A stretch of DNA of 63,963 nt, filler included, from a candidate division TA06 bacterium SM23_40 (lineage in GTDB: Bacteria; LJUI01; SM1-40): NCBI GenBank assembly GCA_001303705.1. It is 5 parts of 5 records of this genome, joined end to end, with 100 filler letters (N's around TTAATTAATTAA, not from the genome) between each part and the next. Parts side by side here need not be neighbours in the genome. Positions count along the whole stretch, not along the records: positions 51,927 to 63,963 come from LJUI01000074.1; 4 more parts are not named here. One strand, written 5' to 3'. The translations under genes and the position numbers were made by a program. The number at the start of each line of letters is the position of its first letter. Position 1 is the stretch's first letter. The notes below the pieces were generated by a model, which searched no databases, had not been told where the DNA came from, and was given only the letters and a program-made list of their open reading frames with translations. This document shows, piece after piece, positions 57,911 through 63,963 of the stretch.

Positions 57911-59305
57911 CTACTCCAACTCTTCGCCCGGAAGCTCCCCGATCAGCATCCGCTCGTATCTCACCTCCCAGATCCCCTGCCAGGGCTCAGTCCAGATGAT
58001 ATGCAGGTACCCGGTCGCCGGATCCGCATTCGGCACGTAGCAGATGTGCGGGTACCGGGAATCCGCATCCGGAGTCTCGCTCACGTTGAGGGGCTCTTCC
58101 CACCCACTCCCGTTCCAGTAGCTCCACCAGATCTCATAGAAGCCGGAGTCGTTCGCCCCTTCCCAGATGACCATGGGAACGCTCCGCTTGTGCGCTATGA
58201 CCGGGTGGGAGGCGCGTTCCTGGGAGTACGACACCTGGGCAGACGGTGACCAAATGTACTGACCGGGGACGAACTCGTACCCAGCGACCCTGTGGAAGAT
58301 GTGCGAGCCGCCGCCCTCGCTCTCCTCCACCCACGCTGCATGGAGGCGCTGCGGCGGGTCCGGGAAATCCGGTGCGCGCGATGCGACACCATGGACAAGG
58401 TCTCGAACGTTCATGGTATCGGTGGTGCCCAGGTTGATCGTCCCGGTCGCCCATTCCCCGCCATACGGACGTTCATACAGGTGGATGATCGAATCGACCG
58501 ATCCACGATGGACATGGACGATGCATGAGGCACGAGACTCGAACAGGCTATTCACATAGTGCGCAGCGGCGGGCGCCTGGAACGTGTGCTCGGTGCCGCT
58601 CGACAAGAGGTCGACCGGCTCGGCCGGGAAGGGCTCCCAGCAACTCTTCCACAGGCGGAGATTACCCTCCTCTGGGTGGGGGGTCGGTATCACCTCCTCC
58701 GGACGAGAGAACTCGTACACGAAGACCGCCGCAGGTGGCCCAAGCATGACGGGTTCGAGTGCGAGTGAGGGAGGACCGAAGAAGCCGGAGTATTGCGCTC
58801 CGATACCCTCCTGGGTATCGATCAACCAGCTCTCGAACTCCCAATGAGGCGGCCCTGCGACGAGCCGATCGTACACTACCGCCTCCCCTAGCAGCCAGTG
58901 TCCCACCTCGCCACATCGCACCGATGCGATGAAGACAGCGCCATCGGAAGTGACGGCAATTGCGGGATCGTACCGCGTGTAGCAGTTCACCCCCTCCCAC
59001 ATCTCTCCACCATCGGTGCTGAAGAAGTAACCGATCTCCCCCAGCTCCGGAAACTGGGAATTCTCGAAGATCTGGTACGCGACGTGAATCGTTCCCGAAT
59101 CATCGACCGCCACCTTGGAGCCGCCGGTGCCCTGTGTGGCGTTCGGTGTGAGGCTCGTGAGACGCTCCTCCGGGATGTGGATGGCGACATGGTCTTCCGG
59201 CCTGTCGAGAGTGCCGGCAGGGGCGAGGTGGCCGCCGGCCAATGCCGCGGCGACGAGGACGAAGCCCGGGAAGCGGGACCACGAACAGATCCTGGGCCAA
59301 CACAT
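57911..59305 (-). CDS. Secreted BNR/Asp-box beta-propeller-like protein
   Basis: Signal peptide, VAVDDSGTIHVAY, STDGGEMW, WEEPLNVSETP..SRYP, LHIIWTE; SD present. Confidence 0.8.
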   Translation of the reverse strand: MCWPRICSWSRFPGFVLVAAALAGGHLAPAGTLDRPEDHVAIHIPEERLTSLTPNATQGTGGSKVAVDDSGTIHVAYQIFENSQFPELGEIGYFFSTDGGEMWEGVNCYTRYDPAIAVTSDGAVFIASVRCGEVGHWLLGEAVVYDRLVAGPPHWEFESWLIDTQEGIGAQYSGFFGPPSLALEPVMLGPPAAVFVYEFSRPEEVIPTPHPEEGNLRLWKSCWEPFPAEPVDLLSSGTEHTFQAPAAAHYVNSLFESRASCIVHVHRGSVDSIIHLYERPYGGEWATGTINLGTTDTMNVRDLVHGVASRAPDFPDPPQRLHAAWVEESEGGGSHIFHRVAGYEFVPGQYIWSPSAQVSYSQERASHPVIAHKRSVPMVIWEGANDSGFYEIWWSYWNGSGWEEPLNVSETPDADSRYPHICYVPNADPATGYLHIIWTEPWQGIWEVRYERMLIGELPGEELE

Positions 59306-59607
59306 GGCGTTCTCCCTTCCTGAGAAGGAGTAATTCGGCCGACGCCCGGTCTCTTCTTGTGGCCCGGATCTCACCCCGATGACTGTCGATCGCCGACTTC
59401 CGATTCATGGCGCTCGCGTTCCTCACGCCGCATGAGGGATCCCCCATTTACGGGACCGCCCGAGGTGGCAGGCCTTTCCCCTGAGCCTATGGCCGTCCCG
59501 AGACGGGTACTGCGCGGGCAGGGCATCGGCCGACCCGCCTCACCCAGATCCGCTTGCCCGGCAGAGCTCGGGACGCCACATCGCACCCCGCGGTGAACGG
59601 ACGGTCA

Positions 59608-62352
59608 TCACCGCAACAGCACGATCTTCCCCGATTCGCGGGCAGACTCACCGCCCCCCTCCACTGTGAGATAGACAAGATAGACACCGCTTGCGACAGC
59701 ATCTCCTCGCTCGTTTTCCCCGCCCCATCGGATGCAGTGACGACCTGCCGTGTCTGTGCGGTCGATCAGCCTCCGCACCTGCTGTCCCAGGAGATTGAAT
59801 ATCCGTATCTCAACACGAAGGGGGGCGCCCAGATCGTACACAATGCTCGAGGCTCCCTGACAGGGATTCGGATGGACGGACCATTCGATGAGATCGAGAG
59901 CCACCTCCCTATCTTCATCTCCCTCCTCCCCCACGGCCGTCGAGACGCCGAACCAGTCGAGTACTCTCGAAATCACCTCCCCTCTCGTGGCCTGAGCGGG
60001 CCCGTTCTTGCTGACCGCCTCGACGCCGAATGCGCAGTACACGACTCTCCCCCCGTCGTGATCTGTGCGCAGGGCCGAGGGAGCACCCGATGGATATCTG
60101 AAGACTACCCGAGCACCGTTTTCAGGATGGATCTCGTCCGGGGACACCTGGTTGTCCGCGCCGTTCGCGCCGGCGATGGCCACGGTCAGCCCATCGCCGA
60201 TCGTGTCACCTGGCTCGCCGTACATCCCACGCTCAGAGGAGACGGTATCGAACCCTGCACAGAGCCAGTCGTGGTAGAACGGCGTATCCCCGATGTCCTC
60301 TGCAATGAACTGTCCGCTCAGGAGGAGACGGCCTTCTCCGCCAAGGAACGTCCTGAGACTCTCCTGATCGGCCTCGGTGAGCGTCTCGTTCTCCTGGTCG
60401 CCGGTGAACCAGATGATCGTGGGCACAGGGAGGAGCGTGGAGCAACTGATGGGGAAGGTTCCGTCCGTTGCGACGCACCAGATGCAGTGGCGAATGCCCA
60501 GTTGGTCGAGGGGCTCGATGTACAAGATCTCGTATCCCTCGCCGCCGTCGTCATCGATGAGAACGACGTCGGCCGGCGAGACGAGGACCTCGAGCTGGGT
60601 AATCGAGTCGGGCGCGATGACGACACCGTTGTACGCAGTCCCGGGATAGGGAGCGCCGGGCTGTACTTCTATATCGTACGTACCCGGCATGAGGTCGAGA
60701 GTGAATTCCCCGCTTGTCGAGTCTGACCGGATCGAATCGGGAGGGGCACACCACCCGTCTCTCCTCGCCACGAGCAGGGCCGCGATCCCGCCTCCCGTCC
60801 TCTCATCGCGCACTCTGCCGGCAAGGGTGCCGAGTGCGTACTCGATCGGATACCCCCCGGCGAAGTAGATATCCGTGTCGAACGGGGCGACGGGGCGAGC
60901 ATCCTCCCATACCACCATCGGACCGCAGTCCGTACCGAGCGTCAGGCTCGTATTTACCTGCAACGCGTCGATGCTGTCGACAAGCACCCCGGGGAGAAAC
61001 GTCACTCCAGCGTCCGTCGAACGCGTGACGCAGATGTTCGAGAACGGACCCCGTTCTTCCCGCCACGCCACGACCGGGTGGTTCGCGGCGTCGAACGCGA
61101 TCGAACCTCCGGTCCCCCACACGCGGTCTGTGCCGACGCACCGGCCCGGAGGAAATGTGGCGCCGCAATCTGTCGATCCGGCGAGATACGGGGACCGGGT
61201 GCGAGCATCAGTCCAGACGATGACGGGATTGCCCGTGCGATCGATCGCGACTCGGGGGCTGGATCGGTCCCCTGGCCCCGGATCTATTTCGCACGGATCG
61301 AGGAATGTCTGCCCGCCATCAGTGGACCGCGCATAGACGAGACAGAATCGGGTGACCGGTGTCATGTGTTGCTGTGTCCATGCGACGTGCGGGTTGCCCT
61401 CAGTATCGCTGGCAATCGACGGCATACAGTCGATGAGGACCGGATCCCCTATCCCGACAGGCATGAGGAAATTCTCGCCTCTGTCGGTCGAACGGCTCAC
61501 ATAGATGTCGGCACCGTCGTGCCAGACGACGAACGGATTGCCGCTCGGATCGAGGGCGATGTCCGGGCTCCGCTGGACCGCATCGCGCGGCGGGATGAAG
61601 ACTCCAGGCAGGAACGAGATACCGCCATCGGTGGAGCGAACATATCGGACGCGATCGCCGTCGCGATCAAAGGCATAGACAATGTGGACGTTGTCCTCAT
61701 CATCTATGGCCATCCGTGGGGCGCAGACCGTATTGGACGAGTCGACCCAGGTACTCACCGGGAACGTGAGCCCGCCGTCGGTGGAACGTGTGAATCTGAT
61801 TCCTACGCTATATCTATCTCGCGAGCGTACGCGGTCCGGAATAAGGGACGATCCCCTCAATAGGGCGCCTTCTTCCCCCTCAAGAGGAGAAGACTCTCTC
61901 ATTGCCGCGACATTGCCCGCCGCAGAACCGATCTCTCCCACGAAATCATAGACTAGACAGGGATTCCCCTGTGAGTCGACCGCCACGGAGGGTGCCGACT
62001 GCGCCGCTGGATCGGGATCAATGACCACCGGAGGATAGAAGAGAAACTGCGCCGCCCCTCTGTTTGTGCCCGAGCAGATCACCGTCATGACAGTGAGAGG
62101 GAGTATCGCCGCCAGGCGCCGCACCCCGACGGGTCGCCATCCAATGAGCGTGCTGCCGATCGCTTTCCCCATTGTCTTCCGCGCTTTCCCCGTCGTTTTT
62201 GCCCCCGCTTTCCCTGTTGTCTTCCGCGTCGACTTTCCCTTCGTTTTCCCGATCATCCTACCAGTGGCTTTCCCCGTCGTTTTGCGGATCGCTCTCCCCT
62301 CCCGACCCTCATCGCCCTCGCTGTTGCCGTGCATCTCGTTCCCCGTGGTCAT
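59608..62352 (-). CDS. Secreted BNR-repeat (sialidase-like) protein with Ig and Rossmann-like domains and T9SS/FlgD-type C-terminal domain
   Basis: Six S-T-D-x-G-x-[TSN]-F Asp boxes, GTLAGRVRDERTG, VVLIDDDGG...IIWFTG, PNPC...FNLLGQQVRRL...VASGVY. Start uncertain (62418, 62352, 62334 or later). Confidence 0.85.
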   Translation of the reverse strand: MTTGNEMHGNSEGDEGREGRAIRKTTGKATGRMIGKTKGKSTRKTTGKAGAKTTGKARKTMGKAIGSTLIGWRPVGVRRLAAILPLTVMTVICSGTNRGAAQFLFYPPVVIDPDPAAQSAPSVAVDSQGNPCLVYDFVGEIGSAAGNVAAMRESSPLEGEEGALLRGSSLIPDRVRSRDRYSVGIRFTRSTDGGLTFPVSTWVDSSNTVCAPRMAIDDEDNVHIVYAFDRDGDRVRYVRSTDGGISFLPGVFIPPRDAVQRSPDIALDPSGNPFVVWHDGADIYVSRSTDRGENFLMPVGIGDPVLIDCMPSIASDTEGNPHVAWTQQHMTPVTRFCLVYARSTDGGQTFLDPCEIDPGPGDRSSPRVAIDRTGNPVIVWTDARTRSPYLAGSTDCGATFPPGRCVGTDRVWGTGGSIAFDAANHPVVAWREERGPFSNICVTRSTDAGVTFLPGVLVDSIDALQVNTSLTLGTDCGPMVVWEDARPVAPFDTDIYFAGGYPIEYALGTLAGRVRDERTGGGIAALLVARRDGWCAPPDSIRSDSTSGEFTLDLMPGTYDIEVQPGAPYPGTAYNGVVIAPDSITQLEVLVSPADVVLIDDDGGEGYEILYIEPLDQLGIRHCIWCVATDGTFPISCSTLLPVPTIIWFTGDQENETLTEADQESLRTFLGGEGRLLLSGQFIAEDIGDTPFYHDWLCAGFDTVSSERGMYGEPGDTIGDGLTVAIAGANGADNQVSPDEIHPENGARVVFRYPSGAPSALRTDHDGGRVVYCAFGVEAVSKNGPAQATRGEVISRVLDWFGVSTAVGEEGDEDREVALDLIEWSVHPNPCQGASSIVYDLGAPLRVEIRIFNLLGQQVRRLIDRTDTAGRHCIRWGGENERGDAVASGVYLVYLTVEGGGESARESGKIVLLR
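62158..62298 (-). repeat. In-frame about 12-bp degenerate repeat encoding (K/R)xxG units
   Basis: GRAIRKTTGKATGRMIGKTKGKSTRKTTGKAGAKTTGKARKTMGKAIG. Confidence 0.75.
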
Positions 62353-62448
62353 CGTTTCGAACGGCTCCCCTCCGTCACCACCCAGTCCGGTCCCGCTCAG
62401 TCTGCGGCCTGATTCCACGGCACCGCGGGCGGACCACCCTTACCCTGG

Positions 62449-62463
62449 GCAAGAAGCGTGCCA
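62449..62463 (-). promoter_or_regulatory. sigma54 (-24/-12) promoter
   Basis: TGGCACGCTTCTTGC, an exact match to TGGCACG-N4-TTGC. Confidence 0.8.
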
Positions 62464-62654
62464 GCGCGAACGGCTTCAACGGAGATGCTGCCTGCACGAA
62501 TCAAGTCCGTTTGCGAAATGGCGTTAGGAACGCGGAGTCGAAGAAAGCGAGGAGTTGATCGCCATGCCTCTCGGACTCTGAACGACAAGGGGATGTGCCC
62601 GCACATGCCTTCGCCCGCCGAACTCGATGCGCGCGAGCACGTTGGAGCAGTGCA

Positions 62655-62682
62655 AAGCTCGTTTGCCTGTGCAAACGAGCTT
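62655..62682. repeat. Perfect 12-bp inverted repeat (terminator or activator site)
   Basis: AAGCTCGTTTGC-CTGT-GCAAACGAGCTT. Confidence 0.7.
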
Positions 62683-62815
62683 GACATTGTGACGTGTCTA
62701 GTATGTTGACAGCAGGATCAGTTGGGCAAACAAGGGTGCACAGGCGGGAATGCCAGGGGGGTGCAAGAAACCTGGTGACTCGCTCACGTAGTGGCCCGTC
62801 TACCTGGTGGCCCCC

Positions 62816-63517
62816 CTAATACATCCTGAAGCAGAGCCGGGCGAGCTCGCGGAGCGCGCGGAGGATGACGCTCGGCTTATCCCCGCTCTGCTCACCGCAC
62901 TTCCTCGGCCGGTGGCCCACGGGGAGCTCGATGAGGCTCACCCCGCGGCGCATCAGCCTGGCGAGGAGCTCACCGTTAATGAGCGCGCCCGTTGCGGAGA
63001 GATCGATCTCCCGCAGTCTCTCGCTCCGAAAGAGCTTGAATGCGCAGTTGAGATCTCGCACGCGCACGCCGAGACAGCAGCTCACCAACAGCCCCCATCC
63101 CCGCGCGAGCAGGTACCGGTGCGGCCGATCCTCGCGTTTCGCACGGTACCCGATCACGGCCTCGTACGTGGGGGCATAGCTCATGAACCGCTCCAGTTCC
63201 CCGAGCTCGAATTGGTCGTCCGCATCGGTGAAGAACGCCAGGTCCATACGGCAGTTGGATAGGCCTGTCCAGACTGCGGCGCCGTACCCGCGGTTAGTGG
63301 GGTGCTGAACAAGCCGGACCTCGGGGTGCTGGCCGGCGAGGCGCCCGACGATGTCAGCGGTAGCGTCCGAACTCCCATCGTCGACGACGATCACCTCGTA
63401 CTGATCGGCGACCCGCGACAGGACGCCGAGCGCATCGCGCACTACGCGCTCTATGTTCCCCTCCTCGTTATGTGCAGGAAGGGCGATCGATACTGACTGT
63501 TTGCTCACGAAGATCAC
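62816..63517 (-). CDS. GT2 glycosyltransferase (DPM1-like)
   Basis: SIALPAHNEE, VVDDGSSD, NRGYGAAV, FFTDADDQF, DLNCAFKLF. Confidence 0.93.
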   Translation of the reverse strand: MIFVSKQSVSIALPAHNEEGNIERVVRDALGVLSRVADQYEVIVVDDGSSDATADIVGRLAGQHPEVRLVQHPTNRGYGAAVWTGLSNCRMDLAFFTDADDQFELGELERFMSYAPTYEAVIGYRAKREDRPHRYLLARGWGLLVSCCLGVRVRDLNCAFKLFRSERLREIDLSATGALINGELLARLMRRGVSLIELPVGHRPRKCGEQSGDKPSVILRALRELARLCFRMY

Positions 63518-63963
63518 TCCGCTCTCGTGAATCTATGCTGAGATCTCTCGCGATGGCCTCGGCACACTCATATCCGGCCCTGAGCGAGGCGCAGAGGCTC
63601 CGCTCGGGGTAACTGGGCGGGCTCGCCATCCCCGCCGCGTACAGCCCCCGAATCATCGTCCGGTAGGGAACGATCGAGTGTGCGGCGTACCCCACGACAT
63701 AGTGGGGGGAAGAATGCTCGGTGCGCGCCAGGTGCCAGAAGACGATATCAGAACGCTTCAGACGAGGCACCATCCTCCCGAGCCCATCGATGAATGTCTC
63801 CGCAACTTCTCCGTCGCCCATATCCGCGATATCGGTGCCATCTGGAGGACCAATATCTCCAGCACTGCCGGGCTGAACACCACTATGCCGAGTACTGCCA
63901 TCTCGAATACCACTGCTCCGAACACCAGCATCTCGAGCACTACCATCCCGAGCACTACTGTCC
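63468..63963 (-). CDS. FAD-dependent oxidoreductase (HemY/amine-oxidase-like), C-terminal part; 5' outside the window
   Basis: Frame open to the window edge; EVAETFIDGLGRMVP...PHYVVGY...TMIRGLYAAGMAS...ERSLCASLRAGYECAEAI. Confidence 0.7.
   Translation of the reverse strand, partial: DSSARDGSARDAGVRSSGIRDGSTRHSGVQPGSAGDIGPPDGTDIADMGDGEVAETFIDGLGRMVPRLKRSDIVFWHLARTEHSSPHYVVGYAAHSIVPYRTMIRGLYAAGMASPPSYPERSLCASLRAGYECAEAIARDLSIDSRERSDLREQTVSIDRPSCT
63858..63962 (-). repeat. In-frame 15-bp degenerate repeat, at least 7 units
   Basis: Encodes DSSAR DGSAR DAGVR SSGIR DGSTR HSGVQ PGSAG. Confidence 0.75.

Overview
GC-rich bacterial MAG sequence made of five contig pieces of about 12-13 kb joined by artificial N/TTAATTAATTAA/N linkers. 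The three complete contigs decrease in length (12953, 12864, 12628 bp), so adjacency across the gaps is probably meaningless. T9SS/FlgD-type C-terminal domains, Hdr genes and lipoproteins suggest an anaerobic, diderm, FCB-related candidate phylum (inference). Contig 1: rel, recJ, rnpB, RNase HI, a Zn-ribbon protein, tRNA-Val(CAC), two low-GC cassette-like lipoproteins, a promoter-driven structured region, a secreted beta-helix protein, a PfkB kinase and the dprA 3' end. Contig 2: comEC behind a terminator-containing leader, and an operon hdrL-like/hdrA-like/mvhD/fdhB-like/Fe-S/fumarate-reductase-type flavoprotein with no membrane anchor. Contig 3: TPR and RDD proteins, a second beta-helix protein, two c-type cytochromes, and CDF-NifX and APC-EIIA fusions. 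It also has a small secreted Cys-rich gene with an in-frame TGA followed by an fdhF-like SECIS hairpin (candidate novel selenoprotein). Contig 4: an integrase abutting the 5' end of tRNA-Leu(CAA), a sigma54-type promoter ahead of a phosphoglycosyl transferase and a degenerate GGDEF gene, a secreted GH-like protein and two multi-PAS kinases. Contig 5: GNATs, two internally deleted pseudogenes, secreted BNR-repeat proteins behind a sigma54 promoter, a GT2 and an oxidoreductase 3' end. Unrelated degenerate tandem repeats (12, 15, 17, 21, 22, 32, 70 bp) are frequent, and several include a start or stop codon or lie in frame. All family assignments come from motifs read by eye; no database searches were run.
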